NCBI GenBank assembly: GCA_013239625.1
Contig: MU056905.1
Location: forward strand, 1,943,967-2,007,966
Length of the DNA: 64,000 nt
Reading direction: 5' to 3'
Source: Lama guanicoe
Lineage: Eukaryota
Every line of letters starts with the position of its first letter. Position 1 is the first letter of the stretch. A program made the translations under genes and the position numbers. Shown piece by piece: positions 11,426 through 23,599 of the stretch. Under the pieces are notes generated by a model. The model saw nothing but the letters and a program-made list of their open reading frames with translations. It was not told the origin of the DNA and did no database searches.

Positions 11426-13214
11426 AAAGTAAGACAACCTCCACCTCTTCTACATGCTCATCTTTGGCTTCCCCCTTTCTGACCTCTGCTCTCCTCCAGC
11501 ACTGCCGGTGAGGGACTCCGGGGGGCCTCCTTTGCTGTCTGTCTTGGAACAGGCTGCCCCTAGTTCTGCATCTCTTCCTCCTGTATAAGAAGCCTCGGCC
11601 CCTCCTCGGCTGGCTGCCAGCTTTCGACATCTCACCCTGCCTCCCCATTGTGTGTGATTCTTCTTTACGCCTTCCAGCCTTCAGCTTTCCCCACTGCTGT
11701 GACATTTTCTCCTCCTACGTCCCTGGTGGAGTCCCGCAGGGCTGGGCGGCTTGTCATTGCATGTTGCTCTTCGACACTTTTCTCAGTCCCATCCCTCCAA
11801 AAGCTCTCCAAATGTCACCACACCTGCCCTGACCTGTCCCCACAGCCTGCTAGTGGCAGCCCCATCTCAGTGACCGGTTCTGGAGTATGAGTGAGGGTCT
11901 TTGGGATTGGAGGTGTTCTGGTACTCTGTTATCCGGCTCTGGTGGGGGTACCCCTCAGAGGTAGGAAACCATGTGGATGGCTGGGCAAAGAGGGAGCCTG
12001 GGAGGGTACCCAAAGACAGAGGACTTAGTCTTGACTTCAGAAGGCTTACAGAGCAATTAGGAGACCAGCAAATACACAAACACACACATACATGAAAATG
12101 AGCCAATCAATACATACTTGAATCTGACAGCAACTGAGCTTAGGAAAAGAAACCATTGGTGCAGCTGAGTGGTGTTAATCAAGGAACACTCCCTGGAGGA
12201 GAGGGCCTGTCTACTGCCTGATGGAGCAAAGGAGATGTAGGCATTTGCCTTCAAGGCCCAGTGGACCAAAAGCAGATATTCAGGCCCAAATGCTCAAGAA
12301 TTGCGATCATAGGTGCCCCAGAGCTTGACTGTGGATGGGAGTTTGAAGATAGTTGCCAAGGCAACTGCAAGGCCTGTTAGACAAGCGTAGAAATGGGCTT
12401 GGAAGAGAGAGAGGGACAGAGAAAAAGGGAGGAAGAGGATTTCATGGTGTGGGCAAAGCATGTGAGTGGAAAGGTCAAATGTGAGGCCTGGTGAGAGGGT
12501 GACGGGGAAAGCTGCAGGTGATGCAGCTGGCGGAGGCGGGCCAATGACCAGTGGAGGCTCACAGGATGCAGGCAGGCGTCCACTCAGAGTTTGATGAGCT
12601 GGGCTTGTCAGTTACCACCTAGGGGAACTTGGGCACATATTTATGAGCCTCAGTTGCCTTTTCTTTAAAATGGGGCTAATAACTACCACCAGGTGCATTT
12701 TTGTGATACTTAAATGAATTGTAGCTCCTAGCACATGGTTGGTGCCTGTTGATGGTAGTGTTTCTTTCTGCTTTCATTTTGTCTTTATTTTATAAATGCG
12801 GAGAACACAAACAAGCCAGGAATAAGGGAGTGTGGTTAACAACCTTCTCCTATATTTGCTTTTTAACATCAGCGCACACTCACCACAATCCTGGGGCCAT
12901 CGTAGGATGTGATGAACGTGGTAGTGGGCAGCCTTACAGTTTCCCATCCTAGTAGGTAGCCTCAAAAGTGAGTGCTGGAAAGAGGATGGACATTTGATTC
13001 AGAAATTGGACGATTCCCAGGAATTGATTGCATAACTTGGAGAAATGTTTTGACTTCTGTGGATCTGCCTTCTCACTTCTTTCATAGGTGGGTTAGATGA
13101 TGAGGTCTTGGAGTCTCTGCACATGGGAATATCTTGTGATTCTTTGCCCACTCATTTACAGGAACCAGTTCCCCCTTGTACAACCATGAGCCTCTTCTCC
13201 AGTTTTGGAGGAAG

Positions 13215-13400
13215 AGCGCTTGAATTGAAACCAGAAAACTCAGCTTCTAGTCCCAGGTGTGTCTTTTCTGAGCTGGAGTGTCTAAGCAAGTCACAATCTC
13301 TCTGAGCCTCGGTTCTCTATTTTGTCAAATGGGTTGAAAGCAGTTTAACGGCTTAGTTCTCAGGGCTCTTGTGGGGATAGTGTTTGTGTATACTCTTGGT
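13215..13400 (+). mobile_element. MIR SINE remnant
   Basis: gcaagtcacaatctctctgagcctcggttctctattttgtcaaatggg. Confidence 0.65.
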
Positions 13401-14689
13401 GACCTGAAAGGGCAAATGTAAACTGATGGTAGTTTTGTGCCTTTTGGTCCCTTGCGGCTCCTGTGTCTCTCCCTCCCTCTGGTAGCAGCTAGAGTGAGGT
13501 TTGCAGCTCTGTAAATTGTCTATTGATTGCCTGACCATCCACTTCTTTGGTTTTCTCTGTGTCAGTTTCTTAGTTTGAGACTGGACCCACGGATCCCTGC
13601 AAAGACTGGCTGTGGGCTGCCGGAAGTAGGAGACGGACACACACCGAGAGACAAGCACACATGCAGGCATATCCATATGCACACCCCTCCAAACTGCTAG
13701 AAGGAATCAATTGTGCAGAGTGGTTTGTCTCAGGAGGGAGTTTGCTGAACTGAAAGAATTTTGATTGCCTCTCTCAGAAGATGATTAGGCAACAGTCATT
13801 ACCACGCCAAGACCATCCCAGGTCCCATTGTTCCAAGTGAGGAACCAGATCTGGATTACTCATTCCGTAAGAGATGGTTGGTTTAGCAGCCCAAGGATGT
13901 TAGGGTTGGAACAGAGTCCTGGACAACAGTGCCATGGAGATGGGGAGCAGGCAGGGGCAGTGGAGAGGTGAGGTGAGGGGTGCTCTCTGGAGGACAGCGT
14001 GGGGCAAAAACTGCAGGAGAAGAGGAGGGACAGGGCGCAGTGGTGAGGAGCAAGATGGCGAGGGCTGATGCTCGGCCGTCCTGGTTCAGAATCACAGGGC
14101 GATGGGACCAGATGGTCTTCACAACCCCCCCTTCTCTTGCATAGTTTGTATTCCACAGTGCAGACCTCCCATGTGGGTCTGTGATTTACCACTCAGAGGT
14201 GCTTAGAGCCAGCTGAAGTTAGAGCTGGCCTCTCCTCACTGAGTCTTTAATTCTGTGTCTAGATGCAAGTGTGGGGAGCATGCCAAGCTTCTGAGAAGTC
14301 TCAGAATGAAAGTCTGTGTAGGGTTCAGGTCTTTCCAGATCCCAATGCCACTTCTACCCAGTTACGCTGATCAAGGACTGCTCTCCAGGAAGGCCCCTGG
14401 AGGTTTCTGGCCCGTCGCAATGCATGCTAGGTCCTCTTGCACCTGGATGGAAGCAAAATCTCCCCACTGAATTCTGTGCCTTGAATCTCCCCTTCTCAAG
14501 GTGAACTGAAGAAATGTTTTCCAAGCAGTTGCATGTGCTGGGAGCCATAGTTTCAAAGGGATCAAATGAGCTTTCTGCCCTTGGAGCTCTCTCCAGGGGA
14601 ACCGATTCCCATGCTGTCTGTTTTACACACAGCGGGCAGCACGCCCTGAGTTCAGCTTTGTGCTGTCCTAAAACACATTAGGATCTTGT

Positions 14690-14900
14690 ACACTATAGCT
14701 CAGCATCCTTTGTTCAAACCCCAGCCACGCCACTTACTGCCTATGTAAACTGGGGCTGGCTGTCCAACCTCCGTGCCTCAGTTTCCTCATTTAAAAAATG
14801 GGTGGCATAATCCCAACTATCTCAAGATTTTTTTGTGAAAGTTCAGCAAGTTAATACATATAAAATATGCAGACCAGCCCCTGGTACATGGCCAGTTTTT
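14690..14900 (+). mobile_element. MIR SINE remnant
   Basis: ttcaaaccccagccacgccacttact..gtgcctcagtttcctcatttaaaaaatggg. Confidence 0.75.
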
Positions 14901-15855
14901 GATACATTATGATTAATTAGCTACTCTTATTCTAGTTAACTACTACTATTATTATTTCTATTGCCCAGAAACAATTTTACTTCTCAGGCCGGCTCTCCAG
15001 ACTCCCATCATTGTCATCTCTTTCAAACCTACATTCATCTCACCATATAGTCTCGTGTGAGGCTGGAACCACCTATCAAATTTCACCCCCACCCCCTTGT
15101 TTTACAAAATGTATGAAATAATGTCCATCTGTTCATTTCGCTGACCACATGGTTTTCCAGCTGGCATTTGCATGCCATCCGTTTGTATTGTTTTCTGTTG
15201 CTGGTGTCACTTTCTCCTACCTGGGTCAATCTTTGAGGAGAAAGAAAAACTGGAAAACTAGAAAGGAACATGTGTCTCCCTTCTGGGCTTTCCAGAACAT
15301 CTACCCATCCAACCTGTTTGCTGACAGTTTCTCCTCCTTCAACATTAATGCAACCAGTTTATAAATCTTACATTTAATAAAAATAACTCCTTTAATTTTT
15401 TCACTTATTAAAGATATAACTTGGTGAGCACTGAGGTTTGGAAGGCAGAGCTCAGAAATGGGCCAGAGAACTCCTTCCAAGATTCAAGTGTAGGGAATTG
15501 CACCTGCCAGGTCTGAGGAGTGTGTGCTTAGTAGCTTACAAGGGCAAGACACGAATGGTAACTTACATATCTTTGTGACAGGTGGTTATGAAATCTTACC
15601 AAGAAGTATCAGGTGGCAGATGTAGGGTCCTGTTTTCCCAAGTCACAGTCACTCGAAGGGAGATTTTGTCTGATAACATGATTACCACTTGAACAATCTC
15701 GCATACACAGCAATTTCGAGAGCCATTCTGGGAGCTAGGTGTGTAGTGTTTATCGTGTTGTTGAGGCTCGTAAAAATCTTGTATGGCTGCAGGCAAGCCG
15801 TTTGGAGAGGCGCTGTATCCCGCTGACTCGAGGACCAAGCCCTACTTACTCCCTG

Positions 15856-15862
15856 TATATAA
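15856..15862 (+). promoter_or_regulatory. KRT1 TATA box
   Basis: TATATAA 91 nt upstream of ATG 15947. Confidence 0.85.
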
Positions 15863-15946
15863 GGGGAAGTCTCTGTGCTTGGGGTAGAGGAGTGTCAGCT
15901 CCTTTCCTTTCTCGACCTTGCTCCTTCCTACTCTCTCCAAGTCAAC

Positions 15947-16522
15947 ATGAGTCGACACTTTAGCTCCAGGTCTGGGTACCGCTGCGGAAAGGGCTTCAGC
16001 TCTGGCTCCGCCGGGGTGGTCAGCTACCAGCGCAGATCCACCAGCAGCTCCACGCGCCGCAGTGGGGGAGGTGGTGGGAGATTTACGAGTGGAGTATGTG
16101 GTGTTGGGGGTGCTGGTGGTGGTTTTGGGAGTCGGAGTCTTGTTAACCTTGGTGGCGGTAAAGCCATCTCTATAAGTGTGGCTGGAGGAGGTGGACGTGC
16201 TGGTTTTGGTGGTGGTTATGGTGGCAGTTTTGGTGGTGGTGGCTTTGGGGGTGGTGGTTTTGGTGGTGGTGGCTTTGGGGGTGGTGGTTTTGGTGGTGGT
16301 GGCTTTGGTGGTGGCGGCTTTGGTGGTGGCTTTGGCAGTGGAGGTTTTGGTGGAGGTGGTTTTGGGCCTGGCTATCCTGGTGGCATACACGAAGTCACCG
16401 TCAACCAGAGCCTTCTGCAACCCCTCAATGTGGAGATTGATCCCGAGATCCAAAAAGTAAAGTCACAAGAAAGAGAGCAAATCAAGTCCCTCAACAACCG
16501 GTTTGCTTCCTTCATCGACAAG
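15947..16522 (+). CDS. KRT1: KRT1 exon 1 (coding part)
   Basis: aacATGA..FASFIDK|gtgagt. Confidence 0.95.
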
Positions 16523-19500
16523 GTGAGTCTCTCTGCTCAGGCACTGGGGGAGTTTCTCCTGGTCCATGTGGGATTGGCGCAGCCAAGGCGCGTTTGGCTT
16601 TGAGCCTCAAGGTGCTGAGTTTGGATGATTTAAAGGACAGTTTGTGGAACTGCCTTCTAGAAGATATATTAGAAGTATGTTTGTGAATGATGCTAGGGAC
16701 TAAACTCTCTCTTGGACAAGGAGGTCTGTGGTCTACTGAAGTGTGGGTCAACTTGACATCACCTTAAACTGTTTTATATTCAGCTCCTCAGCTGAATTGG
16801 GCTTCATATATGTTGAATGAAGATCATAGAAACGGGGCTAACTCAATCTTTTGGTGTGTAAATGAGAACCCTGGAAAGGTCTTTCTAATCATAAAAAGGA
16901 AGTTTGAATGTGAAGAGAGGGCGCTGTGATATTATAGCAGAAAGTATGTAGCAAGTCAGTGCCAAACAGAGGGGAAGCACGGCACCCTGCAGATTTTACA
17001 TTGGCACTGGATCAGGGTGGAGATTTTTTTATGCTTATCTCTCCAAGTCTCTGCTCTGGAAAAACCTGTAAATCACTTTTTAATTTTTGCTAGATCATCA
17101 ATAATGTCAATACAATAGATTTGGAATTCAATTTTGGATTTTCCCAACACTTTTGAACTGTATGTATGCTCAGGGGATGCAAACCAAATTTTTTTTTATG
17201 GTAATCTACCTAAAAATAATTACAAGGCAACCTTGTAAGTATCGCGTGCCTATTTCCAAGTACAACTGCAGTAATTTTATATGTGCTTTGCTATTTGGTA
17301 TTTGTGTAGCTGCTCCCTTCTAAAGTTCCAACTGAAACAGTACTATAGTTGCCATTCTCAGGGAAATTAAGTCTTCTCTGAATTAACAGTGAGGTGGAGT
17401 TTGTTATGAAGGTGATGCTAACTTGACCATCTTCTTCCTATTTCTCTGTCTGCCATGGCTGGCAAACAGTCATTGAAATTCTTTTCCAAATAAGGCAGGG
17501 CCTTGCTGTGTGGTAGCCCTCGGTAGTTAATGGTCCTAGGACTCCACTTCTGCACCAGTAGGTAATGGGGTCTTGTGCTCTTAGGTGAGATTCTTGGAGC
17601 AGCAGAACCAGGTACTGCAAACAAAATGGGAGCTGCTGCAGCAGGTAGACACCACCACTAGGACCCAAAACTTAGAACCCCTCTTTGAGGCATACATCAG
17701 CAATCTTAGAAACAAAGTGGACCTACTGAAAAGCGACCGATCTCGGATGGATTCAGAATTGAAGAACATGCAAGACATGGTGGAGGATTTCCGGAACAAG
17801 TAAGGATAACTGGCTGGGTAGCTCTTGACTTTCGTCCTAAAATATTTTGTGAAAATGGCAAGCTAAGACTATGAACAGGATGTAACAGTAACTTTTCTTA
17901 GGTTAGAGGCAAGTCAATTTGGCATTTTTAGAAATTTTAATTTTCTCAGAAGCTGGTAATAGTTCAGTGGTTTTATTGCTTAGAAGCAAGGGATGGCCAA
18001 GATGTCCTAGGTTAGTAATAGAAGGGCAATGACAGGCAAAGCCGATTTTAGTTCAGAAAGCTAGATTTCAGGCCTCACCTCCTCTGAATCTCCTAATCAC
18101 TTCTGATTTCCTTGCAGGTATGAGGATGAGATCAATAAGCGGACAAATGCGGAGAATGAATTTGTGAACATCAAGAAGGTGAGAAAATTCTGTAGGGTGG
18201 ATATCACCCCTGAAATAAGTAATAAATGAGAGTCACCAAAAACTAAGCGGAGAGAAGTCATGATGTGGAGAACCAGGTAGTGGGCTGAAGAATAGCTGAA
18301 GTGGAGTTTTTCTCCCACGTTACGTGGACTTGGACTCATCCAGGCACTCTGCTGTTCCAGATTGCCCAGCATTTCATGAAGTAAGCGAGGAGGCGGTTCT
18401 TAGCAAGTCAGGCAAGATATTTATGATTGTGATACCAATGGGTGGGGGTAGTCTAAGGATTGTGATCTGCCTGGCGTATAAAGGTGTGGAGAAGACCCCA
18501 AACACCTCTTCTACTTGGAAAATCCCCTCCACAGATGGTGAGAGGGGCTTGCCCTGGAATGAATATGACTTCACGATGTCCATTGTTCTTCTAGGATGTG
18601 GATGCTGCTTACATCACTAAGGTGGACCTTCAAGCCAAAGTTGACACCTTGCAGCAGGAAATTGACTTCTTAACAACATTGTACCAAGCGGTATGCTCTC
18701 TAATTTCAACCAAGTTTACCCAAAAGGAGAGCCTTTAAGCCTGAGCCCACCACTATCTAGAAGAATAGAGATAGATGTTCCACCTCCTGACCCTTCCCCT
18801 CTCTAAGTTGTCTTTTGTTTTATGCTATAAGGGTCACTGAAATATTCTGTCTTGCAGGAGCTGTCTCAGATGCAGACTCATATCAGCGAAACCAATGTCA
18901 TCCTCTCCATGGACAACAACCGCAGCCTGGACCTGGACAGCATCATTGCCGAGGTCAAAGCCCAGTATGAGGAGATCGCTCAGAAGAGCAAGGCTGAGGC
19001 TGAGACCCTGTACCAGACCAAGGTGAGTGAGCTGAATGCCTGGCCAGTTTTCCTGAAATGCCTTGTCTTGCTATCTTGTGTTTTCTCTTCTATTGTGTGC
19101 GTGAGCCTCACCTAATTGACTTGATCCACCTCCTTTAGTATGAAGAGCTCCAGCTCACTGCCGGCAGACAGGGAGACAGCTTGAAGAGTTCAAAGATGGA
19201 GATTTCGGAGCTGAATCGGGTGATCCAGAGACTGAGATCTGAAATTGATAATGTCAAGAAGCAGGTACGTGCTTCCTTCTTCTACCGCTCAGCTCTATGG
19301 AAGCAGGGTGGGGTGCCCGGGTAACTGGAGGACAGATTCCTAACTTTGAATCTTGCAATCCATACCAATGTTGTGTTATTACCCTAGTTCCTTTGGTGAC
19401 TAAGTTGGTTTCTAGAATTTGGCCATCATGCCGAGTTCTCCTTAGGGAAATTTGTGAAAGATGTGATGATCTTGAGTCATCTAGCCCACAGCCCGAAGAA

Positions 19501-20987
19501 AGACTTACACAGTGGTGAGTGAGAGGAAAGGCAGCCAGAGTAGACATTTAGAAAAATGTCAAGTCTGTAAGGGGTGAGGGAGCCTCAACTCACGGCCAAG
19601 AGAGGCTGCTGCATTACCTGTATTTAAGGAAATCGACACAGTGATGTGTTATCCACAGGCAGGTGAATTCATGAGATGATGTAAGCTCCTGTGGTTCTGT
19701 TGGACCCAGAGTACTGGCCTCGCTGGGTGGAAAGATCCATCTGAGATAAAAAGGCCAAGGTGGGATAAGGTAACTGGAGAGTGTATAACATGCTGGATTC
19801 TCCTTTCTCAGATCTCTTCGCTGCAGCAGTCCATCAGTGATGCTGAGCAGCGTGGTGAGAACGCCCTCAAAGATGCCCAGAAGAAGCTGGCTGAGCTGGA
19901 GGACGCCCTGCAGAAGAACAAGGAGGACCTGGCCCGCCTGCTGCGCGACTACCAGGAGCTGATGAACACCAAGCTGGCCCTGGATGTGGAGATTGCCACC
20001 TACAGGACCCTCCTGGAAGGAGAGGAAATCAGGTAAGGAAGGGACGCTGGGCAGTTTGGTCACTTCCTAGATGCTTCCTCCTTTGGAAACTGATCGAAGA
20101 CGCAGCCATGTGACTGCAGCTTGTCCTGGGTATGGGGAAGGAGAGGTACACAGCCCAGGAGGAAAGAATTGGTTTCACTTTGGGAGCCAGATTCCCCAGC
20201 TTCCCTTTTTTGAGGGCTGTAGCATCCCCATGAAGTTCTTTGAAATTGAGCAGCTTACTCTCCATCTGGGCTGGCTCAGATGTCATCTGGCCTAAAGCCA
20301 ACGCCTTTGGAGGTGACAAGCATGCGCTACAAGACTCTTGTCTAATTTACATGGAGATTTCGCTCTGTTTGTACTCATGCTGAGATAAATGATGGCGCTT
20401 GGGGAGGACAGAGGGGACTGGATTCGGTTTCAGATCCAGTGGATTAGAGGAGCCCCAGATGGGAAGGCTCCTGGAGGTGGCGGAGTGGGGGCTGGGGAAG
20501 CGGTTTGTGAAGCAGAAGTCCCGAGGGATTCGCTTTTCTTTCTCCTGCAGGATGTCTGGCGAGTGTGTCCCGAACGTGAGTGTGTGTAAGTACAAGCCGA
20601 TGTCTCGGGGGTGGGGCATGCACAGGTTTTGCTGGGTTGGAAGGGAAGCGGGGATTGATGATAACTGAGTGCTCCCTTGCAGCTGTGAGCACCAGCCACA
20701 CCAGCGTCAGTGGAAGCAGTAGCCGTGGAGGCGGTGGTTATAGCTCTGGCGGCGGCGGCGGCTACAGCTACAGCTCCGGGGGCGGCGGCAGCTACAGCTC
20801 TGGAGGCGGCGGCGGCGGCGGCGGCAGCTACAGCTCCGGGGGCAGCAGTGTGAGCCGTAGAGGGGGCTCTGGAGGTAGCTTCAGCTCCTCCGGAGGCCGA
20901 GGGTCCAGCTCTGGGGGCACCAAGACCTCTGGTGGCAGTTCCAGCGTGAAGTTTGTTTCCACCAGCTATTCCCGAGGAACCAGATAA
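15947..20987 (+). CDS. KRT1: Keratin 1, type II cytoskeletal 1 (599 aa). join(15947..16522,17585..17799,18118..18178,18595..18690,18858..19022,19139..19264,19812..20032,20551..20585,20683..20987)
   Basis: N-terminus [38 protein letters not shown] motif, [21 protein letters not shown] and C-terminus [16 protein letters not shown]. Nine GT-AG exons sum to 1800 nt in frame. Confidence 0.96.
17585..17799 (+). CDS. KRT1: KRT1 exon 2
   Basis: ttag|GTGAGA..AACAA|gtaag; 215 bp. Confidence 0.95.
18118..18178 (+). CDS. KRT1: KRT1 exon 3
   Basis: tgcag|GTATGAG..AAGAAG|gtgag; [20 protein letters not shown]. Confidence 0.95.
18595..18690 (+). CDS. KRT1: KRT1 exon 4
   Basis: ctag|GATGTG..CAAGCG|gtatg; [15 protein letters not shown]. 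Confidence 0.95.
18858..19022 (+). CDS. KRT1: KRT1 exon 5
   Basis: tgcag|GAGCTG..ACCAAG|gtgagt; [22 protein letters not shown]. Confidence 0.95.
19139..19264 (+). CDS. KRT1: KRT1 exon 6
   Basis: tttag|TATGAA..AAGCAG|gtacg; 126 bp. Confidence 0.95.
19812..20032 (+). CDS. KRT1: KRT1 exon 7
   Basis: ctcag|ATCTCT..ATCAG|gtaag; 221 bp; [13 protein letters not shown]. Confidence 0.95.
20551..20585 (+). CDS. KRT1: KRT1 exon 8
   Basis: tgcag|GATGTCT..GTGT|gtaagt; 35 bp. Confidence 0.94.
20683..20987 (+). CDS. KRT1: KRT1 exon 9 (tail, stop TAA)
   Basis: tgcag|CTGTG..; glycine loops; [14 protein letters not shown]. Confidence 0.94.
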
Positions 20988-21445
20988 AGAGAGGCACTCT
21001 CCATCCCCGTTAGCTCTCCCTCTCCATCGCTACCAAATCTGGCAAGACCAAGGCCAACTGCTCCGGTCTTACTGGAGAAAAGGGCTATGGTTAGTTACAC
21101 TGGTTCATCCTAGTCCCCCAGCTCTTTCCTTTCTGCTCTGCTTCCCAAAGAAGTTTTTAGATCAGTGGCAATCTCAGCCCCCCAGCTGTGACCCTGCTTT
21201 GTGCTTTGCCAGTTCAGCAATCACCACTCCACACATTACATTTCAAAGCACCTCATTAAGTCAGCCAGGGGAGGGCTGGTCAGATCCACAACTTCTTTGT
21301 CATGCATGGAGCGCATGCTCTGGGCAGCATCTTAGTATCTGAACTCTTGCAGCAAACTCTGTGCTGCTTTGGTTTTGTACATAAGGTGTAAGCAAGTTGT
21401 CTTTTGTGGAGAAGTCTTTAATTCCCCGTTTCCTTGCATTGCTGC

Positions 21446-21451
21446 AATAAA
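21446..21451 (+). terminator. KRT1 polyadenylation signal
   Basis: AATAAA about 460 nt after the stop, followed by a pyrimidine/GT-rich tract. Confidence 0.85.
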
Positions 21452-22039
21452 CTGCATTTGAAATTCTCTCTGAGTCTCAATCTCCTTTGTTCACGGCACT
21501 GTCTATCCTGCATGGGTGCTGTATTTGGGGCAGAAGACTGGAGCCCCATGGCGCGTGGGGGAGTGGGGACGCATGAACATGAGCAGGATGGGGAGGCTGG
21601 GCAGGCAACATTTAACTTGAAACATTTAACATTTAACTAGAACAAGCTCTTTCCCAGAGGATGGAGGTGTCGTGGAGAAGTGGAGAGACTGGGGTAGCAG
21701 GTTTTACTCATCTGAGAAGGCTTTCTTGAAAAGGGCAGTGAACAAGTCAGTTGGGAAGGAGAAGAGGGGACAGTATTACATGGAAGAGTAATTGTTCATG
21801 TGGAACAGCCAGTGACGAGAGGGTTGTGGGTAACATGGGGTCGGCAGCTACTACAGCCGGAATGCAGACTTTGGGGATTTCAAGAACCAAGAATGGTAAT
21901 GGAGAGCTGGATAATCATTTCCCCTCTCTTTCAGGCCACCATCCAAAGCCCTGCTTAGTGGTAGAAGAAGTGCATCCGTGGACATGTAGCCCATGCTAGT
22001 GAAGCAGTGAGGTGGGATAGCAGCTTGGCCAGAAGCATG

Positions 22040-22250
22040 GACACTTGGAATCAGATGTTCTTGGCTTTGGACCACCACCATTTACTAGCTCAGTGTTGAT
22101 GAGAAGTTATAGACCTCTCTACACCTCAGCTTTATTACCTCTAAAATGGGGACAATAATGCCTTCCTGGTAGAAATTATTGTGAGGACTGAATGAGATAA
22201 TGAACGAACATGACTTAGCACATAGTAAGCACTTGGAGAGTGCCAATTTT
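22040..22250 (+). mobile_element. MIR SINE remnant
   Basis: cctcagctttattacctctaaaatggggacaataatg..attgtgaggactgaatgagataat..cacatagtaagcac. Confidence 0.75.
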
Positions 22251-22254
22251 AATG

Positions 22255-22289
22255 ATAATGGTGATGATGATGATGATGATGATAATGAT
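22255..22289. repeat. (GAT)n microsatellite
   Basis: gatgatgatgatgatgatgataatgat. Confidence 0.8.
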
Positions 22290-23599
22290 CTGCCTGTTGT
22301 AACATTGTTAGTGGTCTCCAGGCAGCTCAGTAGATGTTTATTCTAAAGAAAAAACGAACATCAGCTTCCCAGCGATTCCATGATCACGAAAAAGTTCAGC
22401 CAACTTCTCTGAGGAGCAATTTTCTTAGCCTCCAATTAGGAAAAGCATTTCTAGCTCCAGCGTCAGCTAGGGCTGAGGGGAACAGGGAGGGTATAGATTG
22501 ATACGAGTATCATGTAAGTACCATCAGTGAGTGCTCTCCCTGCTCCCCAGTCACACTTTCATCAGAGCTGCTTCCTGTCTGACTGGTGTGAGAGCCTGGA
22601 AGGTATTTTGGTGGATGGAAAGAACAAGGAACTTTGATTCTGAGACCCTGGGTTTAATCCACTGTGATGCTTATGAGGCAGAAAAAGGAAGACAATTCAC
22701 AGCTTGTGTGGGTCATTGGACAAGTCACTTGCCCCTTCTGAGCTTCAGCTGCTTGTAGGTGAAATGAGAATGAGGACATTTGCCTCCAGACATTAAGAGG
22801 ATAAAATACACAAGTTGAAAATGCTTTGTGAGCTGTGAAGGTGTTATACAGTAGCTAAATGAAATTAAAAGGGAATGACAAATGAGTAGACAGTGGTGGC
22901 TCGCTGTCAGGGTCACCAAGGAGGGAAGTACCTTGACATGATCACTGTGGCCCTTCATAGCTCTGCAGGGACATAAAATTGATATTGTTAGTGAACCCAA
23001 GTTGAATCTGCTCTTCAGGCCTGATCCTTGTAGGCCAAACATAGTAGAGATGGATGTATGGACCAGACCGTGTATTAGCTTGTGAGGAATTCACATTTTC
23101 GGTGACCAAAACACCAGAGCATCACCATCCTGTTATCAATATACCTGGGGAACTGAATTAGTCACAGTGGGTGGCTTGGTGCTTGTGGATTTAGAACAAG
23201 GGTTGGATGGTCTTGAGGGAAGTGGTTTCCTCTCCTGCATGGGAGGACAGACCTCTGAGGTCACCAGATACAGCATGGGGGACTCTGTTGGATGAACAGT
23301 GATGTATTCTAGTGCTCTGGCACACACATTTTCTAATCTCTCTTTAGGTTACAAGTTTCTTTAGTCACATTTCAGTATTGGGAATACCCTTGTTTGTCTT
23401 GTTTGGACTTGGGTTTTCTTGATAACATCAGATAGGAAATAGAAATCACTATAGTTTATAGTGAAACTTATCAAAAGTTGTAAGGTCACAGGACTATATG
23501 AAGACCCTGTGTTAGTCACTATATAATGAAGAACTAAAATGAGTATGATCAAGTGCCCAAATGCGTTAGTACTAGAAAGGCAGCGAAGGAAAAATCTGG

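Noticed and set aside
11582-11590. TATAAG followed by pyrimidine-rich sequence as a cryptic promoter
   Set aside because: It lies in L2-like sequence with no keratin-like start downstream.
17220-17238. Hairpin TTACAAGG-CAA-CCTTGTAA in KRT1 intron 1
   Set aside because: An 8-bp stem is expected by chance in 64 kb.
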